A stretch of 64,000 bases of DNA from Eledone cirrhosa (taxonomy: Eukaryota): the NCBI GenBank assembly GCA_964016885.1, contig OZ024742.1:294686001-294750000 (forward strand). Direction: 5' to 3'. Numbering within the stretch: the first letter of the stretch is position 1; each line of letters opens with the position of its first letter. Positions 13,487 through 25,161 of the stretch are shown here, piece by piece. The position numbers were made by a program, and so were the translations under genes. The notes below the pieces were generated by a model, which searched no databases, had not been told where the DNA came from, and was given only the letters and a program-made list of their open reading frames with translations.

Positions 13487-13890
13487 TATAACTTGTAATA
13501 ATTCTATAATTGTCTTGCCTTGCTTCAAAACTTTTTATAGGGCATCACCAGCAATCCCTGTTGTAGTGTGTAATTGACAGACCTGCTATGATTTGTGGTA
13601 ATATATATATAAAACTTGTAATAATGCTGTGAGTGTCTTGCCTTGTTTAAAATTATTTTAGAAGGCATCACCAGCATTCCTTGTTGATGTGTGTAACTGA
13701 ATGTGCATGTCACCCTTCATGTCTCATCTTACTGAAGTACCAAGTTATGCTCATGAGAGTGCTTTGCTATTCTGGCATCTTAGCCACACTATCAGTTGCA
13801 GTAATGCCATAAGTGTTTTAGTTTGCCTCAAAATATTTTAGAAGACATCACCAACATTCTCTGTTGAATTCTCAAATTGAGTGTGTATAT
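13487..13890. repeat. Degenerate direct repeat, 3 copies (the first two ~120 bp apart)
   Basis: Recurring TTGCCT...AAAAT.TTTTTAGAAGGCATCACCAGCATTCC.TGTTG. Confidence 0.65.
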
Positions 13891-14594
13891 ATTCTCCCTT
13901 TTCTTTTCTTCTTTCTGATTTTCTTCTCTTTTTTTTATTGATTGATTTCTTTCTTTAGTAAATCATAACACTCCTTCCAGCAGTTCCTGTCAGAAGCAAC
14001 CATCTCTAACTGATCCGGTTGGAAGGAGTGTTTGAGGACTCAGCCCCACAACCCTCTTGGGAAGAAGAAGGGGAGAAGGAGGAGGTGGAGGAGGGGGAAA
14101 AAGAAGAAGAAAATCATAAACATTAGATAATTTAATGCCCATCATTTGCTTGTTGCAAAATTATATTTAACAAATAAATAAGCATAAACAAATTTCCCAT
14201 CTATATCATTATTTGTGTTAAGTTTTCTAAAACTCTTTTTACAATTTTAACATTTTTAGAAATGTAGCATAGACTTTTAATTTCATTGAGAAATAATCAT
14301 GAGATATTTCAGTCACGCTGGTGATTCTTCTAGATTTTAAACTGCTAAGTTTATTGGTAAAAGTAAAACTGCAAAGGATTTAACCCTTTAGCATTTAAAC
14401 CAGTAGTATCCGGCTAGAATTCTCTTACTTCCTTTTGCTCAAACCGGCCATAGCTGGCCGCTCATAGTGATGTTAAAATATTGTTCTCAAAATAAATAAT
14501 ATCAAAATCTCATAAATTCGATATTATGTGAGATAATTATGTAAAATAAAGCCTTTACTACAAAAATACAATGGTATCTATTGAGTATCTATAT

Positions 14595-14960
14595 TCTATT
14601 GAAAGGCACTTCCAGGGATTGTCCGGCTACTTACTCTTCACACCAGTCACCGTTGAGACCTCCGGCATCCTTAGAACCTGTACTGCTGAGCCCCTCCACA
14701 AGATCAGAATGTCAGCAGCCCATCTGAGGAAGGAGCCCCACAAAGTCGGGTGACTATTGCAGCAGCGGGTGTTGCTGTCCATTGTCTGCAGAAATGCTTT
14801 TGTGGTCTTGTCTGCGGGATGCAGCCCCAACACTGCCGTGCCCTAGGCCTAGAGCGCATCACCCCCTCCCCCCATTCTTCTGTGATTCTAGAGCTCTTGC
14901 CCTTTCCTTCATTTTTCATTTTTAAATATCTGTTGCGTTGTTCTTATTTGAAATAGATTT
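14595..14960 (+). mobile_element. CRE-clade LINE 3' fragment (RLE domain remnant)
   Basis: FTPVTVETSGILR...EPHKVG*LLQQRVLLSIVCRNAF parallels the RLE segment at 54900-55175. Confidence 0.7.
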
Positions 14961-15363
14961 GTTTACGAATTTTTTAATTTTTAATAATTGTTTCTACTTT
15001 AGGCACAAGGCCAGCAAATACCCAGTGCATTACTGGTACTTTATTTTATCGACCCCGTAAGGATGAAAGGCAAAGTTAACCTCTTTTTGATTTTTAATAA
15101 TAAAACATATTTAGCTGATAGATAAAAATGATTTGGAACACAATCAAGAATTTGGAGGGATTCAGTAGTATAACTAACTTTGTCAATATTAAGCTGGTGT
15201 CTAGAACATAAATATTTTAAAATAAAATTATGATGGAAAGTTTTTGAATAAATATAAACACTTTAAAATAAACAGCTTAATATTATAGAACCCAGGGCAG
15301 TTTTAGATGTTTTGGTTAGCTAAATTTATTGGAAAAAGTTTACACATAACTTAATTTGAATCA

Positions 15364-15407
<44 letters not shown>

Positions 15408-15552
15408 GACTTCTGTGAACTAGAAATGTAGAGGTCATTTCTATATATAATGAAGTTGCCTATACTCTACCAATATATTGAGCACCTTTTTTAACTGTGG
15501 TTACCCCCCAACACAACTCGGGCATCTACACACACATATATGTGTGTGTGTG

Positions 15553-15733
15553 TGAGTGGCCCAGGTTCAATCGAGGGTAACCACAGTTAGTAAGGTACTT
15601 AAAACATTAGTAGAGTGTAAACATCAAGTTTAATATAGAAATGGCTTCTATGGGACAGGACTGGAGCTGTGATGATTTCTTTTGAATAAAACAGTTCTAG
15701 TCCTGTAGAAGCCATTTCTATATTAAACTTAGT
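15553..15733 (+). mobile_element. (TA)n-embedded repeat with internal ~40-bp inverted repeat, head-to-head with a decayed copy at 15404-15530
   Basis: Arms AAGTTTAATATAGAAATGGCTTCTA..CAGGACTGGAGCTGT (15626-15670) and ACAGTTCTAGTCCTGTAGAAGCCATTTCTATATTAAACTT (15691-15730). Confidence 0.75.
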
Positions 15734-15751
15734 ATATATATATATATATAT

Positions 15752-15795
<44 letters not shown>

Positions 15796-15849
15796 GTATA
15801 TATATATATATATATATACTATATACTATATATATATATATATACTATA

Positions 15850-15880
<31 letters not shown>

Positions 15881-16561
15881 GTCTGTGTGTATGTATGTAT
15901 AGTATATACGCACATATACACACGTACACTCATATACATATTCTTTAACCTTCAACTTTAATTCTAGTCAAGAGAAACGCAGTCTTAGATGATAAAATGC
16001 TACAGTAAATATATATAGAGCTATTTATATACTTTTTAGATTTCTTCTTCTTTAGAGCTAGTTGTTTTTGCTTTATCTCCCTCCTCACAAGCTGTTAGGA
16101 TAGGAAGATGTTACCTAGTGGGAAGGTAGAAGAAGCTGAGAAGAAGAAATTTACTTCAGAAGAATATTGGGTTTTCTTTAGTTTTTCACTCACTGGTTTC
16201 CTCCTCGCCCACTTTCATCCACAGTCGCATACATACCACACGTATCTAACTATTCTATGCATGTACATCTTATACTGCTACCACCAGCCGCCAAACTTCT
16301 GGTAAATATGGCTATCAGCTATCTGTTCTTTAATTACGTCAGATATACCTCATACTTTCAGCAGACTTTAGCAGACTTTACACAAACGTACACATATACA
16401 TGTACACACTCACGCACACACGTACACATACACATACACACACACGAACCCACACATACACACGAACACACACACGCACGCACCCACACGTACGGACACA
16501 CACACAGACATACACATATACACCTATATGAACACACTCACGTACACATTTATTTACCTAT

Positions 16562-16575
16562 TGACGTCACTTCCT
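16562..16575. promoter_or_regulatory. Full CRE palindrome overlapping an ETS-like site (TGACGTCACTTCCT)
   Basis: Exact TGACGTCA; a second exact CRE near 17476 and an E-box CACGTG near 17326. Confidence 0.35.
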
Positions 16576-18791
16576 TTCTGTCTCAATTTTCACCGACTTA
16601 ACTCCCAACAGCCACAAGCTCAGAAACTCTAGAATGGTGGTTAGATAAATTGTCTAAAACCATTTTTATTTTTTTGCTGTTTAGTGATGGGGGAAAGGTA
16701 GTATTGAAGACCTTTTTCAAACTTTCTAAGCAAGGAAGCTATCCTCAAATCAGAGACCTGGTCCAAATGCTTATAACTGAGTGAACTCCATTAAAGCCAC
16801 TCAAAGACAAGATAGTGGAATTCAACCAGATGTCAGATTAACCTTTTCATTACCATATTTCTAATGAAAAACTCTAACCATAGTTCTAATGAAAATAATC
16901 AAGGGATTTCGGAAAAAAACTAACTTTTTAAATATTAAGCTGGTGTTTGGAGCCTAACTTAACAAAGTTCCTTAAATAAACTTATAATCAAAAGTTTTTA
17001 GATAAACTTTAACCTTTTAACATTTACATTACTCTATATTTACTATTATATTTTCATGGTAAAGGATTTACTTCACATAATATTGAATCTATGAGATTTT
17101 GATATTGTTTATTTTGAGAACAATACCTTAATATTACAGCCAGTTTAAACAGAAAGAGGTGAGAGAATTCTGGTCAGATATGGTTAGTTTAAATGCTAAA
17201 AGTACAGTAGAACAAGGAATGGCTTCAGAGAGGTTAGTATTAAAAGAGATATTATAACCTGATAGATCGACAGGTAGTGATTAAAACTTGCCACAGTTAA
17301 CTCTGTTAAAGGCACCCAAGGGCCCACGTGGAGGTGTTTAACTGGATGACAGATAAAATCTACCAAGTCATTTCATTAAAATAGCTCAATAGATAGACAG
17401 TGATTAAAACTTTATAGTAAACAATGGTTTCTAAACGTTAATGTATCTTTCACTCTGAATAAACTATTTCAGTATGACGTCAGAACGTATAATTATAGCA
17501 CAATGTTGATTTTATGACCAGCAGCTTAGGTAAGAATTTTGGAAGCTGGTAAACTCAAAAGCATTTAGTGTCTCGTTAGTAAACAAGATTAGTCAGAAAA
17601 AGAAAAAAATGACTTACACCTACAAACTATTTTCGCGAATTTTCCATTGTAGATAGTAATACATGAAATCATTTGAAGGCTGTTTATTCACTTCAAGCAT
17701 TTTATAGCAAACTCTCTAACATATATATATATATATATATATTAGTTGTATAAATATATATTAGCTAAAACATAAACAACTAAAACATTATATATATAAT
17801 ATATATTTATGTGAGTCGCGGATTCAATCAGGGGTAACCACAGTTAGTAAGGTACTCAATACATTAGTAGCATGTTAACCTCAAGTTTAATATAGAAATG
17901 GCTTCAACCTGACTAAGACTGTTTCATTCAAAAGAAATCAGCATGTAGAGTGGTCATGTTGGTGTCATGACAAAAAGTGCCTGGTCTTCACTGTAAAGTG
18001 ACCGTGAATGTTCCACAACAAAAAGCATGCAGTACACATTTCAAATGCTTTGGTAATTGTTGTGAATTCAACTCTATACCCAACTCGTCCTTTGGACTGA
18101 GTGCTCTACCAACTTTGGATATAAACTGATTTTTCACTACACATATATGTCAGGCTGCTCTTCAGTGCTACTGGTAACATGTAAACCAGTACAACCTGTA
18201 CATGGTTGGGCCATCGGCAACTAAAATGGGCAACCCCACTCAGCTTGCTTGGTGAGGAAGGTGTTTTTGGACAGCCATCGGGATGAAAAACAAGACCTGT
18301 CAAAAGGTGGAGAAACTTAAGCGAGTCAACGGCCATCCAATAAAGATTTTTTTTTTTTTATGGAGCGAGAGACTCCTAGTCTTCATTAAGACATCTCTCT
18401 AGGAGAAGGTCTTTCTGATATAAAACCTGCAACTTCATTTGCATCCAATGATGTCGACCAGTTTTTTTCCAATGATGTTGACTACTTTTTGAATAAATGC
18501 ATTCGATGTTCAGAGAGTGGAATTTGCCCCATGCAAAGAATTTCTTCACTTAAAAAAGCTTCAAGCACAGGCATTGCTTGATATGTGACATATTTTGCAA
18601 TGCATGGCATGGTTGGCCATAGGCAAGTCCCTAGCAGGACTAAAAAGCCATGTCGGTTCTAGCTGTCGAAACAGCTGGAGCTCAGCCGTCGGGGTCCTGA
18701 ATCTTTTCATATTAGCCACTCTACTACCACAAGTATTGAGTACTTTGGTGTGTCCACCTGGTATCTTACCACACCCTCTCTGTACAGACAG

Positions 18792-18826
<35 letters not shown>

Positions 18827-18827
<1 letters not shown>

Positions 18828-19229
18828 CATCATCATCATAATCATCATCATCACCGTTTTATGTCCGTTCTTCCACGCTAGCATGGGTTAGACGAGTTGT
18901 CCTGTTGTGGGCAGTGTCTGGTCGGCTGATCTTGTCTTGCTCATACGGGAACTGATTGTGGCTTGTTTTCTACAGCTGGATGCCCTTCATAACACCAACC
19001 TCATTTACAGTGAGTGCTGGGTGCTTTTTTGCCGTGGCACCTCCACGACCACTTTGCAGTGGAATGATAGGGACTCCAGTCCTATCATCTCATTTCTACA
19101 GCTGAGTAAACTGGAGCAATGTGAAATAAAGTGTCTTGCTCAAGGAAACAACACATCACCCGGTCTGAGAATTGAACTCACAACTTTTTGATTGCAAGCC
19201 CAATTCTCTAACCACTAAGCCATGCACCT
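18827..19229 (-). mobile_element. tRNA-head SINE with RTE-derived 3' tail
   Basis: Reverse complement of 20987-21433; (CAT)n tail on the left. Confidence 0.85.
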
Positions 19230-19253
19230 TATATATATATATATATTTAGAAT

Positions 19254-19562
19254 AAGAAACTGCGAAGTAGTTTCAGATGTTAAAGTCCTTTAATGATAAT
19301 GCTGTGATACATATTTCAATGACGACAGTGGCCACACGATTCCATGTACCCAGTGCCGTGACATCATCAGACAGCTTCTTACATAAGAAGGTTATGTTTC
19401 CGAGGCAATCCAAATTGAATCGACTAGGGAATGGACAAAGCGAGTGTGCTTGAATCCTTCGCCCGTTCCCTTGTGAGTCCCAATTCACCCCCACCAGTTT
19501 GCTCAGGCGCAAGGTCGAAGGAAGTTAACCATCCACTACCCCAAAACTCTACGAAACTCACC
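19254..19562 (-). mobile_element. Penelope-like pLTR-type element carrying a hammerhead motif
   Basis: Inverted homolog of 21682-21990; adjacent to (TA)n. Confidence 0.65.
19301..19375 (-). ncRNA. Type I hammerhead ribozyme motif
   Basis: GCUGU-CUGAUGA-[long stem II]-GAAAU-AUGU-AUC-ACAGC: intact core, 5-bp stem I, minimal near-palindromic stem III, AUC cleavage triplet. Confidence 0.7.
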
Positions 19563-20163
19563 TAGGTAGGTCCCCTCACCCCCATTCAGGTCTGTAATAT
19601 GACACGGTTATAGTTTACGGCTAGTTGCCCTGCCAGTGGCAGTTGACCAAAACCTAGCGGTGGTGGCAGAGTATGAGTTTCAATAGGCCTCAATACTACC
19701 CCTAAATTATGCTTGGACAATAGAATTGACCATCACCCGCTAAGAGAATATAAACTTAATTTTAGATATTATGGTTTCACAGTGGAAATTATGATTGAAA
19801 ATTAGAAATTAAAAAATTACAAGTTAAAATCTTGATTGAAGTAAATAAAAAATAAAATATATATATATAGTGAGTTTTAATTAATTAAAATTTTTATAAA
19901 CATATTGTCAGAGGGAAACTTTATTGAAATAATTCCATCACGACATATTTGTATACATTTAGATGGGGCAATGAAAACTTTGTAGAAGCAGATGATCAGA
20001 AATTATGTGATATAGTTTATTTTAGAACCATTGAATTAATGTATTTTTAAGAAAAGGATTATCAATTGTAAACATTTATCTTTGTTAATTATTCTGCATA
20101 TTTATCTGAAATAACAAATCTTTCAACCAATGTTAACTTATTGCTATTTCCATTTTTTCCTAG

Positions 20164-20299
20164 AATAATCCAAAAAGTGAAATTGTTAAAATACCATTTG
20201 GTACAACATCAGATACAGTAAAAATCCACTTTGTTCCTGTTTCACCCAATTATAGACTAAGAGTTACAGTATCTTTCATAGGATGTTTTGAATCAGGCT
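20164..20299 (+). CDS. Candidate internal coding exon resembling the C-terminal part of a discoidin/F5-8 type C-like module
   Basis: Acceptor TTTCCATTTTTTCCTAG, donor GTAAGT; 136-nt open frame NNPKSEIVKIPFGTTSDTVKIHFVPVSPNYRLRVTVSFIGCFESG (phase 0 to 1), ending in an R-x-x-x-x-x-GC motif. Confidence 0.6.
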
Positions 20300-20986
20300 G
20301 TAAGTAGGAATTCACTGTATTGATATAAATACTTTGTCATAAATCCTATATTTATTTCCCTTATTTAATCCTTTACCATTTACATTACTATATATTTACT
20401 ATTGTATTTTCACAGTGATGGTTTTGTCTTGCATACTATTGAACCTACGAGATTTTGATATTATCTATTTTGAGAACAAAATCCTCACACAGGTATGAGC
20501 AGCCAGTTATGGCTGGTTTGGATAGAAAGAGGTGAGAGAGTTCTGGCTGGATACTGCCTCTTTTAAATGCTAAATAGTTAATCGTCTGTAAATTGCAGAA
20601 TTAAAAAAAAAATGATAATTATTCCTGAATTCAGAAGTTTATGTAAAATTCATTTGTGGTAATACTGTTTCCCTTTATTCTTCAATTGGAAGATATTATT
20701 TAAATCAGCTGTATCCAGCCAGAATTCTCTCACCTCTTTCTGTTCGAACCAGTTGTAATTGGTCACTCATACTGATGTTAAGGTATTGTTCTCAAATACA
20801 TAATACCAAAATCTCACGGATTCGATATTATGTGAGGTAGGACCTTTACTACGAAAATACAATAGCATATATAAAGAGTTAAAAACTAATGTAAAATTCT
20901 TCTTTTTCCTTTGGTTTCTTCACAAGAATTCCAGTAACGAAAAATGTATCAGTGTTTAAAGTTTTCTAATTTTTTTAAAATATTGT

Positions 20987-21433
20987 GGAGGCACATGGCT
21001 TAGTGGTTAGAGCATTGGGTTTGCAATCGAAGGTTTGTGAGTTCAATTCTCAGACCAGGTGATGTGTTGTTTCCTTGAGCAAGACACTTTATTTCACATT
21101 GCTCCAGTTTACTCAGCTGTAGAAATGAGATGATAGGACTGGGGTCCATATCATTCCACTGTAAAGTGGTCGTGGAGGTGCCACGTCAAAAAAAAGCACC
21201 CAGCCCACACTGTAAAGTGGACATGTAGGCGACACGGAAAAAAAGCACCCAGCACTCACTGTAAATGAGGTTGGTGTTAGGAAGGGCATCCAGTTGTAGA
21301 AATCAAGCCACAATCAGTTCCCATATGAGCAAGACAAGATCAGCCGACCGGACACTGCTCACAACAGGACAACCCGTCTAACCCATGCTAGCATGGAAGA
21401 ACGGGCGTAAAACGGTGATGATGTTGATGATGA
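20987..21433 (+). mobile_element. tRNA-head SINE with RTE-derived 3' tail
   Basis: A box TGGCTTAGTGG, B box GAGTTCAATTC, body GTGTTGTTTCCTTGAGCAAGACACTTT, then RTE 3' UTR modules and (GAT)n. Confidence 0.85.
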
Positions 21434-21868
21434 TATATATATATATATAATAGCTAATAAATAGGGAGTTGTTAAAATTATAGTAAGAAGTTTTGAAAGG
21501 GGGATCAATATTACAGATATATTATCCATATATTGAACGATAGTACCGTACACTAGGACGGAGGGTAAATTACAGTATGAAATATAGTAATTAGGCAAAT
21601 AATTAGTTAATATCTTCTATCATATTAATCAAAACAAAAAGTACATAGATGCAAAATGAGAGAGTTTCATAGAGATGAAAAAGGCGTGTTTCGTAAAGTT
21701 TTGGGGTAGTGGATGGTCAACTTCCTTCGGACTTGCGCCTGAGCAAGCTGGTGGGGTGAATTGGGGCTCACAAGGGAATGGGTGAAGGATTCAAGAACAC
21801 CCGTTTTGTCCGTTCCCTTGTCGATTCAATTTGGATTGCCTCGGAAACATAACCTTATTATGTAAGAA

Positions 21869-21943
21869 GCTGTCTGATGATGTCACAGCACTGGGTACAC
21901 GGAATCGTGTGGCCACTGTCGTCATTGAAATATGTATCACAAC
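21869..21943 (+). ncRNA. Type I hammerhead ribozyme motif (second copy, one stem I mismatch), within pLTR-like repeat 21682-21990
   Basis: GCTGT-CTGATGA-...-GAAAT-ATGT-ATC-ACAAC. Confidence 0.65.
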
Positions 21944-22074
21944 ATTATCATTAAAGGACTTTAACATCTGAAAGTACTTCGCATTTTCTTGACTCCGTCA
22001 CTCTTATGTGGAAAAAGTACGTTGAGTGCTTGAATTGAATTGCATCAATATTTACCTTAAGTATATATATATAC

Positions 22075-22202
<128 letters not shown>

Positions 22203-22374
22203 TATGTACATATATATATATATATATAAGTAAGATGTATGGTGGGTCGTATGTGAATCGTGATGATCACGTCTGACCTACCAAATATGTGACGGTAGCT
22301 AGTTAAGCTCTATGCGTATACGCAGAGCAGAAATATTAGTGAAAAAGAACAAAGGAACTATTATGACATTATAA

Positions 22375-22722
22375 CACCTTAGCGGATCCTCAGCTCATAC
22401 TGGTCATGGTTATATGGAATAGTAAGAACGAGAATTTAGGCAATCGCTATAGCGATTGCCTAAATTCAAGAAATGAAATCTTCACACATTGTTCACATGT
22501 CTGGAAACACCTCTTAAATAACTACAAAGCTCCGGATTGAATAACAACAACATTCTAATTTTCTTATCAACTCAAACTACTTTTCGGACTTAGCATTGTA
22601 TTTTCGCACGTAGCATTGTATCGCTTGGGTGAAGTGACCGTTTCTGCGCATGCGTGTTCATACGATTGTTCTTCCTATTCTGTATAACCATGACCAGTAC
22701 GAGCTGAGGATGCGCTAAGGTG
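22375..22722. mobile_element. MITE with ~55-bp TIRs (CAC.. ends, possible CMC/EnSpm type)
   Basis: CACCTTAGCGGATCCTCAGCTCATACTGGTCATGGTTATA ... TATAACCATGACCAGTACGAGCTGAGGATGCGCTAAGGTG; flanked by AA/AA. Confidence 0.85.
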
Positions 22723-22764
22723 AAACAATTGTTCTCGGTATCGTGAACTAACTGTTGTGTTACC

Positions 22765-22840
<76 letters not shown>

Positions 22841-22845
<5 letters not shown>

Positions 22846-23149
22846 ATGAATATAAAAGAAAAACGAACACAGATATATACATATATGTGTTCAAATCGTA
22901 AGGGACCAGATTCGCTGTTTTTCTTTTATATTCATTTATAATATACGGCTCTTTCCTAGAGCTATTTTATTGTAAGAGATTATTTTGAGTTTCTAACTCA
23001 ATATATACCTTTGATATATTCGGCTCCGTTAATTTGTTGAGCTAATTCAAATGTCAAGTAAACCCGGCTGCTATTTTTAGTGGTGTGAGTTTGTGAGACA
23101 TGCTAAGTTCAGATACCATGTGCGTTATTATATATACGCACACTATTCA

Positions 23150-23152
<3 letters not shown>
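22841..23152 (+). mobile_element. (TA)n-embedded AT-rich element with a 24-bp inverted duplication
   Basis: TATAAATGAATATAAAAGAAAAAC ... GTTTTTCTTTTATATTCATTTATA; bounded by (TA)n on both sides. Confidence 0.5.
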
Positions 23153-23187
<35 letters not shown>

Positions 23188-23188
23188 G

Positions 23189-23614
23189 TCCAACCTCACA
23201 CACTTACACCTCTCCAAGACAATGTCACTGGACCGAGATCTTTGGTGCTACGTAGTAATACAGAAGACCCGCCTTGCCTAAGTACAAAGCGAAACCTGCA
23301 GTCAGTAGTCACCTCTTAACCAAAATATACCCTCGTCCCACTACCCCTACCCCCACCGCCATCTCCACCACCCCTTTCGATGTAAAGCTATGTTGGTACC
23401 ACAACATCCAGTCCTAAATAAATGAGGTCGTGTAGGTGTCACAAAAAAAAAAAACACACAGTCCACGCTGTAATGTGGTTGGTGTTAGGAAGAGCATCCA
23501 GCCGTAGAAAACCCACCAGACAGTCCTGAGCAAGACAACCAATCTTGCCTCAAGTGGGACAATTCCCGTCCAGACCCATGCTAGCGTGGAAGATGGACGT
23601 TAAACGATGATGAT
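23189..23614 (+). mobile_element. RTE LINE 3' end
   Basis: NLTHLHLSKTMSLDRDLW matches the RTE C-terminus; followed by 3' UTR and (GAT)n. Confidence 0.88.
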
Positions 23615-23754
23615 GTATCTCAGCTCTATAATACATTTGATAATTTATATTGAGCCTTTTCTCTTACTGGTAATTGGTTAGTGCTTAGTACTACCCTCCA
23701 TATTTATAATTATATATAAGCCATATATAAGTATAAATATTATTATTATTATCA

Positions 23755-23933
23755 TGGATTGGCAGTATCGGTAGAGGGCCGGACATCAGGCTTTGACACA
23801 TAGTTACGGCCCTTTCTATTCTGAGTTCAAATCCCGCCGAGGTCAACTTAGCCTTTCATCCTTACGGGGTCGATAAAATAAAGTACCAGTAATGCACTGG
23901 GTAATTGCTGGCCTTGTGCCTAAAGTAGAAACA

Positions 23934-23958
<25 letters not shown>
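23755..23958 (+). mobile_element. MetaSINE-like copy with (ATT)n tail
   Basis: A and B boxes, Meta core, tail. Confidence 0.88.
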
Positions 23959-23968
<10 letters not shown>

Positions 23969-23971
23969 GAT

Positions 23972-24432
23972 ATATCTATCTAAGGCGGGTAAAATTCCCG
24001 AGATCCATGGACGAGTTCTCTCCAGCGGTCTCTGTCCCTCATTATCGCTGCCATGTCCTGCGTCTCCAACAGACCAGTGTCTGTCCTTAGGGCATCAACA
24101 TACGTTAACCTTGGTCTTCCTCTTCTAGTGTGTCCATGTAGGGGCTCCCACATGGACACACGTAGAGACCTGAAAATCCACCTCTTCATTGCTGTAGTAG
24201 AGTCTGTGCTGCTGTACGGGTCTGAGACTTGGACACTGACCAAGAAACTCACTCAGATGGTGGATGGGTGCTACACGAGAATGCTGAGGATGGCTCTGAA
24301 CATTAATCAGTATACACTGAGGATGAAAAACTCAGAGCTGTATGGGAGCATCCCAAAAGTCAGCTCAAAAGTGACACAGAGGAGACTGAGGTTAGCTGGA
24401 CATGCTCACCGACATCCAGAGTTGACATTGCA
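23972..24432 (-). mobile_element. RTE/RTEX-group LINE 3' end with an inverted 5' segment
   Basis: Minus strand WEPLHGHTRRGRPRLTYVD to stop; plus strand VESVLLYGSETWTLTK...RLRLAGHAHRHPEL. Confidence 0.8.
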
Positions 24433-24434
24433 GA

Positions 24435-24485
<51 letters not shown>

Positions 24486-24489
<4 letters not shown>

Positions 24490-24843
24490 GATATATTAAC
24501 AAATGGAAACTATATTTATAAAACCATATTTATTTCATTATACATATTTCAAGGACACCAAGTCAAATTATGGTGCGCTTTCATCAGATAGAATATAATA
24601 TAGATCAGTTTTATAAATAAACTTATTTATAAAACTGATCTATATTATATTCTATCTGATGAAAGCGCACCATAATTTGACTTGGTGTCCTTGAAATATG
24701 TATAATGAAATAAATGTGGTTTTATAAATATAGTTTCCATTTGTTAATATATCGTATTTTTACTCCAATAATTTGTTGAGTGCTTTATATCAGTTATAAA
24801 AATATTTGCTTGTTGTATCCCAACAATTTAAATAGAACTTCTA
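24486..24843 (+). mobile_element. Fold-back pLTR-like element with 135-bp palindromic arms and a hammerhead motif
   Basis: Arms 24486-24620 and 24623-24757 with one visible mismatch; (TA)n on both sides. Confidence 0.8.
24649..24711 (+). ncRNA. Hammerhead ribozyme motif (mirrored on the minus strand in the left arm)
   Basis: CTGATGA-AAGCGCACCA[loop]TGGTGTCCTT-GAAAT-ATGT-ATA; stem I weak. Confidence 0.6.
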
Positions 24844-24844
24844 C

Positions 24845-24894
<50 letters not shown>

Positions 24895-25002
24895 TTAATA
24901 TAGGAATGGCTTCTACAGGAGTATTGAGTACCTTAATTACTGCGGTTACCCCTGATTGAACCCGGGATAAACACACACATCATCACCTTTTAACATCCAT
25001 TT

Positions 25003-25161
25003 TACACGACCACTTTACAGTGTGGTTTGTGACACCTACACGACCACTTTACAGTGTGGTTTGTGACACCTACACGACCACTTTACAGTGTGGTTTGTGA
25101 CACCTACACGACCACTTTACAGTGTGGTTTGTGACACCTACACGACCACTTTACAGTGTGG
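25003..25161 (-). repeat. 34-bp perfect tandem repeat (~4.7 copies) derived from the RTE 3' UTR module
   Basis: Unit ACACGACCACTTTACAGTGTGGTTTGTGACACCT; RTE-like (CAT)n tail remnant near 24978. Confidence 0.9.

Noticed and set aside
17612-17700. Minus-strand exon ending at a GTAAGT donor
   Set aside because: No clear acceptor or promoter, and the only open ATG frame is phase 1, unlike the other candidates
25003-25161. Second 34-bp array as CRISPR or as related to the first
   Set aside because: No spacers; unrelated sequence derived from the RTE 3' UTR; equal period appears coincidental
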